From: an uncultured Alphaproteobacteria bacterium
GTDB taxonomy: Bacteria > Pseudomonadota > Alphaproteobacteria > SP197
Assembly: GCA_958295695.1 (NCBI GenBank)
Contig: OY282363.1
Location: 1,738,225 to 1,802,224 of the forward strand
DNA length: 64,000 nucleotides
Reading direction: 5' to 3'
Shown here: in pieces, positions 53,971-62,500 of the stretch
Numbering within the stretch: the stretch's first letter is position 1
How the letters are laid out: the number at the start of each line of letters is the position of its first letter
The notes under the pieces: generated by a model
The model's input: only the letters and a program-made list of their open reading frames with translations
Database searches by the model: none
Told to the model about the DNA's origin: nothing
Translations under genes and position numbers: made by a program

Positions 53971-55821
53971 ATGGCGGGGCCGGTCGTGATCGGCCGGATC
54001 CTGACGCCGGACACCCTGGCCGGAAGCGCGCTGCTGTTCGTCCCGATCGCGGCCGTTTCGCTGGTCGCCTGGCAGACGGTCGGGCCGGCGCCCCAGGGCA
54101 CCGTCACCCACTACCTGATCCTCACCGTCGCCGTGCTGGCGTTCAGCACCTTCACCGGCAATTCCGGCATCCTGAGCTTCGGCCATGTGGCGTTCATGGG
54201 ACTCGCGGCGCACATCAGCGGCCTTCTCACTATTCCGCCGGCCCAGAAGGGGGTCTTCCTGCCCGATGTTCCGTCCTGGCTCGCCGGGACCGACATGCAC
54301 GTCCTCGTCGCGGGCCTGATCGCCGTGGCTCTGGTGACGTCGATCGGCTTCCTGGTCGGGATTCCGATTTCGCGTCTCGGCGGCGCGTCGGCCGCCATCG
54401 CGACCCTGGGGCTGCTCATCATCGTCTATGGCGTCATCGTCGGCGCGCGGGATTTCACGCGCGGCAGCCAGGCGCTCATCGGGGTGCCGAAGACCGTCGA
54501 CATCCCCACCGCGCTCGTCTTCGTCGCGGTCGCGATCCTGCTCGCGCGCCTGTTCCGGGACTCGCTCTCCGGACTCGAGCTGCGCGCCGCGCGGGAGGAC
54601 GAACCGGCCGCCAGCGCCATCGGCGTCAACGCGCCGGGGCGCCGGTTGTTCGCTTGGACGGTCAGCGCGGCCATCGCGGCCGTCGCCGGCGTCCTGCTGG
54701 CCCACTACCTCGGGGTCTACTCGCCCCGGGAATTCTATTTCCAGATCACGTTCGCCATTCTCGCCATGCTGATCGTGGGCGGCATGACGAGCGTGTCGGG
54801 GGCCGTCGTCGGCGCGGTCCTCGTCACGGTGCTGATCGAGGTTCTGCGCGGCGCGGAGGAACGCGTCAACGCCGCTTTCTTCGACGAACCCACGGTTTTC
54901 GGCCTGACCGACATCGGTCTGAGCCTCGCGATCCTCGGCGTGCTGTTCTGGCGCCGCAACGGCCTGTTCGGCTACTGGGAGATCGAGGAGCTCGCCGGAG
55001 GATGGCGCCGGTGGACCGGGTTCGAACGGGGGCCGCCCGCGGCCGATGCGGTCGTGGAACGCGTCTCGGGAGAGGGAGCGCTCGAAATCGACGGCGTCGT
55101 CAAGTCCTTCGGCGGCCTGCGCGCCGTCGACGGCGCGAGCCTCGCGCTCCGGCCGGGCGAGATCCTCGGTCTGATCGGTCCGAACGGGTCGGGCAAGACC
55201 ACGCTCTTGGGCTGCGTTTCGGGCGCTCTCGACGTCACGGCGGGACGGGTCGGCCTCGACGGCGCCGATATCACGGCCATGCCGGCCCACATGATCGCTC
55301 GCAGCCGGGTCGGACGGACCTTCCAGAACATCCGTCTGTTCGCCAACCTGACCTGTCTCGACAACGTCAAGGCCGCCTTGGCCGCAAGCGGCGCGCGGCG
55401 GCCGGCGAACGGCATGGAGGCCCGCGCCTTGATGGCCGAGCTGGGCGTCGAGGACTACGCGGAGCGGCGCGCCGGCGCCTTGGCCTACGGCCTGCAGCGC
55501 CGGCTCGAGATCGCCCGCGCGCTGGCGCTGGAGCCGCGCTACCTCCTGCTCGACGAGCCGGCCGCGGGCATGAACGAAACCGAATCCGACGAACTGCTGG
55601 GCATTCTGGCCGGGCTCCGCGAGAGCCGCGGCCTGGGCCTGCTGATCGTGGATCACGACCTGCGCCTGATCATGCGTCTGTGCGACCGCGTGGTCGTGCT
55701 GAACAAGGGGCGGGTCATCGCCGAGGGAACGCCGGGGGAGGTGCAGTCCGATCCCGACGTGATCGAGGCTTATCTGGGCCAACGTCGCGCGGCCAGGAAG
55801 GCCGCCGCCCATCAACCCTAG
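53971..55821 (+). CDS. branched-chain-amino-acid-type ABC transporter, fused permease (LivM-like) and ATP-binding (LivG-like) protein
   Basis: In the 616-aa product the N-terminal ~340 aa are polytopic (GILSFGHVAFMGLAAH; AAREDEPAASAIGVN). The C-terminal part has Walker A at GLIGPNGSGKTT, the signature motif in YGLQRRLEIARAL and Walker B at LLLDEPAAG. Confidence 0.85.
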   Translation: MAGPVVIGRILTPDTLAGSALLFVPIAAVSLVAWQTVGPAPQGTVTHYLILTVAVLAFSTFTGNSGILSFGHVAFMGLAAHISGLLTIPPAQKGVFLPDVPSWLAGTDMHVLVAGLIAVALVTSIGFLVGIPISRLGGASAAIATLGLLIIVYGVIVGARDFTRGSQALIGVPKTVDIPTALVFVAVAILLARLFRDSLSGLELRAAREDEPAASAIGVNAPGRRLFAWTVSAAIAAVAGVLLAHYLGVYSPREFYFQITFAILAMLIVGGMTSVSGAVVGAVLVTVLIEVLRGAEERVNAAFFDEPTVFGLTDIGLSLAILGVLFWRRNGLFGYWEIEELAGGWRRWTGFERGPPAADAVVERVSGEGALEIDGVVKSFGGLRAVDGASLALRPGEILGLIGPNGSGKTTLLGCVSGALDVTAGRVGLDGADITAMPAHMIARSRVGRTFQNIRLFANLTCLDNVKAALAASGARRPANGMEARALMAELGVEDYAERRAGALAYGLQRRLEIARALALEPRYLLLDEPAAGMNETESDELLGILAGLRESRGLGLLIVDHDLRLIMRLCDRVVVLNKGRVIAEGTPGEVQSDPDVIEAYLGQRRAARKAAAHQP

Positions 55822-55834
55822 GGAGGGACGAACC

Positions 55835-57007
55835 GTGAGGTATCCGAAACTGTTGACCGTTTCCGCCACGGCCGCGCTGATGGCGGGCGCGGTGGCCGTC
55901 TCCGGCCCCGGCGAGGCGGAGCATCACGAACTGAAGATCGGCTATGCCGGCGGCTTCACCGGCTATCTGGCGCCCTATGACCAGCCGTCGCTGAAGGGCG
56001 TGCAGCTCGCCATCGACCAGCTCAACGCGGCCGGTGGCGTGATGGGCATGGAGGTGCGGCTCGTCGTGAAGGACACGCGCTCGGACACGGCCCAGGCCGC
56101 CACCGTGGCGCAGGAGCTGGTGGACGAGGGCGTGGCCGCCATGATCGTCTCGTGCGACGTGGACCCGGCCGTGGCCTCGGGCGTGATCGCCCAGGCGGCC
56201 GAGATCCCGGCGGCGAGTTCCTGCGCCTCGACGCCGACTCTTCCGGCGGCCGTGGGCCCCTACATGTTCTCGAACTACACGGCCGACAACCTTCAGGGCG
56301 CCGTGCTCGCGCAGTACGCCCGGGAGCAGGGCCACGAGAACGCCTACATCCTGCTGTCGCGCGACACGCCCTACACCGAGAAGCTGCCGGAGTACTTCGG
56401 CGAAGCCTTCGAGGGAATGGGCGGCAATGTCGTCGCGGTCGGCGAATACACCATGGGCCAGCAGGATTTCTCGGCCGAGGTGACCAACATCAAGGGTCTC
56501 GATCCGCGGCCCGACATCATCCAGACCTCGGCCTACGAGCCCGACTTTCCGGCCTTCATCAAGCAGCTTCGCGCCGCCGGCATCGACACGCCGGTGCTGG
56601 GCAGCGACGGCATCGACAGCCCGACCACCTTCGGTCTGGGCGACGTGGCCGAGGGCGTGGTGTTCTCGAACGCCGGCTTCGCCTCGCCGGGGAGCGCGCT
56701 CGCGGCCTATGAAATGGCCTACGAGGAGAAGTACGGCGAGCCGAACGACACCATCTTCACCGCCACGGGCTACGACCTGATGATGGTGATCGCCGCGGCG
56801 GTCGAGGCGGCCGGCTCGACGGACGGCTCCGCCATTCGCGACGCCTGGGACGGTCTCGAGAGCGTCCAGGTCGCCACGGGCGTCATCACCTACAAGGGCC
56901 AGGGCCGCGTTCCGGTCCGTGTCGTGGCGCTCAACATGGTGTCGGGCGGCGAGCGGGTCCATGTCGGCGATTTCTCGCCCGATCCCTCGGCGATCCCGGC
57001 TCCGTGA
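55835..57007 (+). CDS. ABC transporter substrate-binding protein (LivK / type I PBP family)
   Basis: The GTG start is preceded by GGGAGGGA. It has a signal peptide and carries LKIGYAGGFTGYLAPYD and GVQLAIDQLNAAGGV.G..V.L...D. Confidence 0.8.
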   Translation: MRYPKLLTVSATAALMAGAVAVSGPGEAEHHELKIGYAGGFTGYLAPYDQPSLKGVQLAIDQLNAAGGVMGMEVRLVVKDTRSDTAQAATVAQELVDEGVAAMIVSCDVDPAVASGVIAQAAEIPAASSCASTPTLPAAVGPYMFSNYTADNLQGAVLAQYAREQGHENAYILLSRDTPYTEKLPEYFGEAFEGMGGNVVAVGEYTMGQQDFSAEVTNIKGLDPRPDIIQTSAYEPDFPAFIKQLRAAGIDTPVLGSDGIDSPTTFGLGDVAEGVVFSNAGFASPGSALAAYEMAYEEKYGEPNDTIFTATGYDLMMVIAAAVEAAGSTDGSAIRDAWDGLESVQVATGVITYKGQGRVPVRVVALNMVSGGERVHVGDFSPDPSAIPAP

Positions 57008-57729
57008 CGGACGGAACGGCCCTTCTGGCGATCGAGGGGCTCGCGGTCCGCTATGGTGCCATCGACGCCGTGCGGGGCGCGAGCCTCGAGGTCCGCAAGG
57101 GCGAGATCGTGACTCTTCTCGGTGCCAACGGCGCCGGGAAGAGCTCGATCCTCAACGCGGCCATGGGGCTCGTTCCGGTGGCCGCGGGGCGCGTCGTCCT
57201 GGAAGGCGAGGATGTCGCGGGCCGCGCGCCGGAACGCATTGTCCGGCGCGGCATGACGCTTTGTCCCGAAGGTCGGCGCGTCTTCGCCAACCTCACCGTG
57301 GCGGAGAACCTGACGCTCGGCGCCGCCGCGCGTCGCGCCGCCGGCGGCGCGGAGGCCGCGCGGGCGGACATGTTCCGGCTGTTTCCGATCCTTGCCGAGC
57401 GCGGCGGGCAGATGGCGGGCACGCTGTCGGGCGGCGAGCAGCAGATGCTCGCGATCGCGCGCGCCATGATGTCGTCCCCCAGGATCGTGCTGCTGGACGA
57501 GCCGTCGCTCGGTCTGGCGCCGCGGATCGTCGACACGATCTTCGAACTCGTCGTGCGCCTGCGCGACCGCGGCGCGACCGTTCTTCTCGTCGAGCAGAAT
57601 GTCGATCTCGCATTGGAGATCGCCGATCGCGGCTATGTCCTGGCGACGGGCGCCATCGCGCTCTCCGGCCCGGCCGCGGACCTGCGCGCCTCGGGCAATG
57701 TCGAGCGCGCCTACCTGGGCGCGCACTGA
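57004..57729 (+). CDS. livF: branched-chain-amino-acid-type ABC transporter ATP-binding protein (LivF-like)
   Basis: The 241-aa product has Walker A at LLGANGAGKSS, the signature LSGGEQQMLAIARA and Walker B at VLLDEPSLGLAP. The GTGA overlaps the upstream gene. Confidence 0.85.
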   Translation: MTDGTALLAIEGLAVRYGAIDAVRGASLEVRKGEIVTLLGANGAGKSSILNAAMGLVPVAAGRVVLEGEDVAGRAPERIVRRGMTLCPEGRRVFANLTVAENLTLGAAARRAAGGAEAARADMFRLFPILAERGGQMAGTLSGGEQQMLAIARAMMSSPRIVLLDEPSLGLAPRIVDTIFELVVRLRDRGATVLLVEQNVDLALEIADRGYVLATGAIALSGPAADLRASGNVERAYLGAH

Positions 57730-57738
57730 GACCGCGGC

Positions 57739-58623
57739 GTGGAGGTTCTCTTTCAGCAGTTCGTCAACGCGCTGGCGCTGGGCGGCACCTATGCCCTCCT
57801 GGCCCTCGGTCTCGCCATGGTGTTCAGCGTTCTGGGTCTCATCAACTTCGCCCATGGCGAGCTGATGACGATCACGGGCTACGCCATGTTCTTCGCCATG
57901 GCCGGGGGCATTCCGTTCCCCGTCGCCGTCGTCCTCGGCGTCGCCGCGGCGACGCTCGCCGCGCTCCTGATGGAGCGTGTCGCGTTCCGGCCCGTGCGCG
58001 ACGCCAACACGGCGACCATGCTGCTCACCAGCTTCGCCGTCAGTACGATCCTTCACATGCTTTTCCAGAACCTGATCTCGGCGCGGCCCAAGGCGATTCC
58101 CGTACCCGGCTGGATGGCCGGCGCGCTCGACCTGGGTGGATTGAGCATCGGCGTGATCCAGGCGCTTTCGATCGCCGCGACGGCGCTCCTGCTCTTCGGT
58201 CTCACGGTCTTTCTCAAGCGTTCGATCCTGGGAATCGCCATGCGCGCCGCGGCGTTGGACTTTCCCGTCACGCGCCTGATGGGCGTCAACGCCAACGCCG
58301 TGATCGCGACGGCGTTCGGCCTCTCGGGCCTGCTCGCCGGCGTGGCGGGCGTCCTGTGGCTCGCCCAACGCGGCTCGGTCGATCCCCTGATGGGCTTTCT
58401 GCCGGTGCTGAAGGCCTTCATCGCCGTCGTCCTGGGCGGATTGGGCAGCCTTTCGGGCGCGGTGGCCGGCGGTTTCGCGCTGGCCTTCATCGAGGTCGGA
58501 CTGCGCGCCTTCCTGCCGGAGACCTTTCTTCCCTTCCGTGAATCGATCACGCTGACGCTCGTGATCGTCCTGTTGTTGGTTCGCCCCGAAGGTCTCCTGG
58601 GGCGCGGGGAAGCGGCTCGATAG
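57739..58623 (+). CDS. livH: branched-chain-amino-acid-type ABC transporter permease (LivH-like)
   Basis: The 294-aa product carries MEVLFQQFVNALALGGTYALLALGLAMVF...INFAHGE (LivH N-terminal signature). Confidence 0.85.
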   Translation: MEVLFQQFVNALALGGTYALLALGLAMVFSVLGLINFAHGELMTITGYAMFFAMAGGIPFPVAVVLGVAAATLAALLMERVAFRPVRDANTATMLLTSFAVSTILHMLFQNLISARPKAIPVPGWMAGALDLGGLSIGVIQALSIAATALLLFGLTVFLKRSILGIAMRAAALDFPVTRLMGVNANAVIATAFGLSGLLAGVAGVLWLAQRGSVDPLMGFLPVLKAFIAVVLGGLGSLSGAVAGGFALAFIEVGLRAFLPETFLPFRESITLTLVIVLLLVRPEGLLGRGEAAR

Positions 58624-58631
58624 GAGGAGGC

Positions 58632-59951
58632 ATGGCGAACTCGTTGCTGGAACGCGATGCGCGGGTCCTGGCCGGGATCGGCAAGTTACGCACCTATCCG
58701 CTCACCATCCGGAACGCCCGGGGCAACCGCCTGATCGAGGAGGACGGCCGCGAGGTGCTCGACATGTCCGGCGCGGCCGGCGCCGCCTTGCTCGGCTACG
58801 GCCATCCCGCCGTCATCGAGGCGGCCCGCCGCGGACTGACCGAGTGCGCCGGCGCGTCGGACATGTTCGGCGCTTCGGAATCGGCCGTGGCGCTCGCCGA
58901 ACGGCTGCTCTCGATCGTGCCGGAGGCGACGGACCACAAGGTCTGGCTCGGCCACAGCGGATCCGACGCCAACGACACGGCCATGCGCGCGATCGCCGCG
59001 GCGACGGGCCGGCGCCGCTTCCTCAGCTTCTACGGCGCCTACCACGGCGGCGTGTCCGGCTCGATGTCGGTCTCGAGCCACCCCTCGCAGCGGCACACGC
59101 TGCCGCGCGCCGGACTGGCGCAGATCCCCTACGCCAACCCCTACAGGCCGGTGTCGGGAGGCGACGCCGCCCAGGCCGTGTTCGACTATCTCGAGTTTCT
59201 CTTCGCCTGCGGCTGTCCGCCCGACGACATCGGCGCGGTCTTCATCGAGCCCCTGCAGTCCGACGGCGGCATGTTGGTGCCGCCGCAGGGATTCCTGAAG
59301 GAACTGGCGGAACGTTGCCGCAAACACGGCATCCTCGTCGTCAGCGACGAGGTGAAGGTGGGCCTCGGCCGGCCGGGACAGTGGCACTGCTACCAGGCGG
59401 AAGGTTTCACGCCGGATGTCGTGACCTTCGGCAAGGGCCTGGGCGGCGGCGTGCCGGTCTCCGCCATCGTGGCGCCGCGCGGCGTCATGGATTTCCAGGA
59501 GGCCTTCGCGCTCATCACGACGACCGGCAACGCGGTCTGCGCCTCGGTCGCGCTGGCGGTTCTGGACACCGTGGAGCGCGACGGCCTGATCGCCAACGCG
59601 GCGGCGCGGGGCCGGCAGATCGTGGAAGGGCTCCGCGCCCTTCAGGACAGGCACGGTCTGATCGGCGACGTCAGGGGCAGGGGGCTCGCGGTCGGTTTCG
59701 AGCTGGTGCGCGACCGCGAGACCAAGGAGCCGGCGACGGTCGAGGCGGCCAAGGTGGTCCTGCGCGGCTATCAGCTCGGCGTCGCGTTCACCTATGTCGG
59801 CATGTTCTCCAACGTGCCGGAGCTGACTCCGCCGCTGACCCTTTCGGAGTCCGAGGCGGACGAGGCCCTGGCGGCGATAGGGCAGGCGCTCTCCGACGTG
59901 GAGAACGGACTCGTGAGCGACGACGATGTCGCCCGCTTCGCGGGATGGTAG
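58632..59951 (+). CDS. class III aminotransferase (acetylornithine/GABA aminotransferase-like)
   Basis: The 439-aa product carries HSGSDANDTAMR, VVSDEVKVGLGRPG and TFGKGLGGGVPVSA (PLP lysine). Confidence 0.85.
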   Translation: MANSLLERDARVLAGIGKLRTYPLTIRNARGNRLIEEDGREVLDMSGAAGAALLGYGHPAVIEAARRGLTECAGASDMFGASESAVALAERLLSIVPEATDHKVWLGHSGSDANDTAMRAIAAATGRRRFLSFYGAYHGGVSGSMSVSSHPSQRHTLPRAGLAQIPYANPYRPVSGGDAAQAVFDYLEFLFACGCPPDDIGAVFIEPLQSDGGMLVPPQGFLKELAERCRKHGILVVSDEVKVGLGRPGQWHCYQAEGFTPDVVTFGKGLGGGVPVSAIVAPRGVMDFQEAFALITTTGNAVCASVALAVLDTVERDGLIANAAARGRQIVEGLRALQDRHGLIGDVRGRGLAVGFELVRDRETKEPATVEAAKVVLRGYQLGVAFTYVGMFSNVPELTPPLTLSESEADEALAAIGQALSDVENGLVSDDDVARFAGW

Positions 59952-60741
59952 GCGCGTGCTGGGGCCCAGGGATCCGCCGCCGTTCGAGTTGGCGAACCCC
60001 GAAGGCCGGGGACCCTGCCTGATCGTCTGCGACCACGCCTCGCACATCATCCCGGAATCGCTCAGCGACCTCGGCGTCGCGCCCGGTCACCGCCGCGAGC
60101 ACATCGCCTGGGACATCGGCGCTTCCGTCATGGCGCGCCGGCTCGCCGAACGTTTCGACGCGCCGGCGGTTCTGGCGGGCTATTCGCGCCTTGTGGTGGA
60201 CTGCAACCGCTATCTCGACGACCCCGCGGCCTTCGCGCATGTCAGCGACGCCGTCGCCGTTCCCGGAAACGCGACGATGACCGACACGGAACGGGCGCGG
60301 CGGGTCTCGAGCATCTATCGGCCGTATCACAACGCCATCCACGACCGGCTGGAGGACTTCGAGGACAGAGGGATCGCGCCTGTCGTGATCGCCTGCCACA
60401 CCATGACCCGTCGCCCGCGCGGAAAGGACCCCCGGCCCCAGGAGTTCGTCGTGTGCTGGGACCGGGACGACCGTCTCGCCGGGCCGGTCCTGGACCGGCT
60501 CGGCGCCCGGGACGACATCGTCGTCGGCGACAACGACCCCTATGCCCTCAACCTCGGCGAGGACTACACCATTCCGGAGCACGCCATGCGCCGGGGCCTG
60601 CCGCACCTTCAGTTCGAGGTCCGCCAGGATCTGGTCGCCGCCCCCGGCGACGCGGTGCGCTGGGCCGATTTCGTCCACGACCTCACGGCCGATCTTGTCG
60701 CCGATGCGGAACTGCGTACCGTGAAGCTCTACTGGCCCTGA
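59926..60741 (+). CDS. N-formylglutamate amidohydrolase family protein
   Basis: Pattern: LIVCDHASHIIP...HIAWDIGA...SRLVVDCNR...YRPYH..I...IACHTM. The start could instead be the GTG at 59956, just after the upstream stop. Confidence 0.75.
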   Translation: MSPASRDGRRVLGPRDPPPFELANPEGRGPCLIVCDHASHIIPESLSDLGVAPGHRREHIAWDIGASVMARRLAERFDAPAVLAGYSRLVVDCNRYLDDPAAFAHVSDAVAVPGNATMTDTERARRVSSIYRPYHNAIHDRLEDFEDRGIAPVVIACHTMTRRPRGKDPRPQEFVVCWDRDDRLAGPVLDRLGARDDIVVGDNDPYALNLGEDYTIPEHAMRRGLPHLQFEVRQDLVAAPGDAVRWADFVHDLTADLVADAELRTVKLYWP

Positions 60742-60751
60742 GGAGTCCGCG

Positions 60752-61900
60752 ATGGCGCCGCCGCTCGACCGCCGCCCGAACCATGCGCTCATCGGCGCGC
60801 CCGGCTCGCGCGAACGGCTGGCCACGCCGGCGCTCGTGCTCGATCTCGACGCCTTCGAGGCCAACGTGGGCGCCATGGCCGGCTGGGCCGGGGAGCACGG
60901 CCTCGGCCTTCGCCCCCACGCCAAGACCCACAAGAGCTCGATCATCGCCCGGAAGCAGGTCGAGGCCGGCGCCTTGGGAAACTGCGCCGCCACGCTGGCC
61001 GAGGCCGAGGTGCTCGTCGATGCGGGCATCCCCGGCGTCCTGATCACGTCCACCGTGGTGACCGGTGCCAGCATCCGGCGTCTGGTCGAACTCAACGACA
61101 GGGCGGAAGGTCTGATGGCGGTCGTGGACGATCCGTCGAACGTCGACGCCCTCGACGCGGCGGCGGGCGACGGCGGGAACCTCCTGCGCATCCTGGTCGA
61201 TGTCGAAGTGGGCGGCGGGCGGACGGGAGCGGCGACGCCGGCGGCGGCGGTCGACCTGATTGACCGGATTACCGCAAGCCCCAACCTGCGCTTTGGCGGC
61301 GTCCAGGCCTACGACGGCGGCGTGCAGGCGATCGCGGACTTCGGCGCGCGCCGCCGGGCCGCCGCGACCGATATGGAACCGTTGCGCCAGACGATGGCGG
61401 AGACGCGGCGGCGCGGCGTCGTCGTGCCGCTGGTCACGGGCGGCGGCACCGGCACCCACGACATCGACCGGATCGACGGCCTCTTCACGGAGATCCAAGC
61501 GGGCTCCTACATCGTCATGGATGCGATCTACAACGCCTGCGACCTTCGCGGCGCCGGCGCGGTCGTGTTCCGGACGGCGCTGTTCGTCAGGACGACGGTG
61601 GTCAGCACGGCCAAGGAGGGGTATGTCACGACCGACGCCGGCCTCAAGGCCTTCAGCGTGGGCGCGGGCGATCCGGTCATCGCCGGCGGCGCGCCCCGGG
61701 GCGCGGTCTATACCTTCATGGGCGACGAGCACGGCCGGATCGCCTTCGCCGAAGAGGGACACGGCATGGCGCTGGGCGATCAGGTGGAGTGCGTGACGCC
61801 CCACTGCGACCCCACCATCGCGCTCTACGATTGCTACCATGCGGTGCGCGGCGATACGCTGGTCGACATCTGGCCGATCGACGCGCGCGGCCATTGGTGA
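60752..61900 (+). CDS. DSD1-family PLP enzyme (D-threonine aldolase / D-serine dehydratase-like, alanine-racemase N-terminal fold)
   Basis: The 382-aa product carries TPALVLDLDAFEANV, LRPHAKTHKS (PLP lysine), VQAYDG and GGGTGT, with a C-terminal CVTPHCDPT. Confidence 0.75.
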   Translation: MAPPLDRRPNHALIGAPGSRERLATPALVLDLDAFEANVGAMAGWAGEHGLGLRPHAKTHKSSIIARKQVEAGALGNCAATLAEAEVLVDAGIPGVLITSTVVTGASIRRLVELNDRAEGLMAVVDDPSNVDALDAAAGDGGNLLRILVDVEVGGGRTGAATPAAAVDLIDRITASPNLRFGGVQAYDGGVQAIADFGARRRAAATDMEPLRQTMAETRRRGVVVPLVTGGGTGTHDIDRIDGLFTEIQAGSYIVMDAIYNACDLRGAGAVVFRTALFVRTTVVSTAKEGYVTTDAGLKAFSVGAGDPVIAGGAPRGAVYTFMGDEHGRIAFAEEGHGMALGDQVECVTPHCDPTIALYDCYHAVRGDTLVDIWPIDARGHW

Positions 61901-61921
61901 CCGGTACTGGGGGAGAACGGG

Positions 61922-62500
61922 ATGTCCGTCGCGGTGGAACGCAACAAGGCGATCGGGGAGGCGCTCGACAAGGTCCGCGCCATCGAGGCCGAGCAGGGCG
62001 TCACCCGGGCGGCGCTCGACGACATCCGCGAGGTCATGATCGGCTTGGCCAGCCGCACGGAGCTCTTTCCCGAAGAGGACTTCCCGGTTCCCGAAGACGC
62101 CGGCGGCGAGGGGTTCGACGTGTTGTCGGTCGACGACGACGGCCGCTTCGAGCTCTACATGGAGGTCGCGAACAAGCATGTGACCACGCCGCCCCACAAC
62201 CACACGACCTGGGCCGTGGTGGCCGGGATCCGCGGACTCGAGCTCAACCGGATCTACGAGGGCGTCGGCGGTCCGATGGGCGAGGCCCCGCCGAGGGTCG
62301 CGCGCGAGGTCGAGGTGAAGAAAGGCGCGGGCGTCTGCCTGATGCCCGACGACTACCACTCGATCCACATGGAGCCCGGCGAACTCAACATGCACCTCCA
62401 TCTCTACGGTCTGGGTTTCGCGCATCTCAAGGGCCGGAAGATGTACGACGAGGATAGCGGCGCGTACCGCGGCTTCGACTCCGCGCTGCCGGATGAATGA
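61922..62500 (+). CDS. cysteine-dioxygenase-like cupin (COG5553-type metal-dependent beta-helix protein)
   Basis: The 192-aa product carries TTPPHNHTTWAVVAGIRG and DYHSIH, a three-His cupin arrangement. Its stop overlaps the start of the downstream rhodanese gene (ATGA). Confidence 0.6.
   Translation: MSVAVERNKAIGEALDKVRAIEAEQGVTRAALDDIREVMIGLASRTELFPEEDFPVPEDAGGEGFDVLSVDDDGRFELYMEVANKHVTTPPHNHTTWAVVAGIRGLELNRIYEGVGGPMGEAPPRVAREVEVKKGAGVCLMPDDYHSIHMEPGELNMHLHLYGLGFAHLKGRKMYDEDSGAYRGFDSALPDE

Noticed and set aside
52180-55869. 1229-aa minus-strand ORF and the 1198-aa plus-strand ORF 52242..55838
   Set aside because: Both span several independently well-supported genes (GS-like ligase, LivM-LivG fusion) in wrong frames or on the wrong strand. 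Their composition is dominated by R, G, A and P, and no family signature is present.
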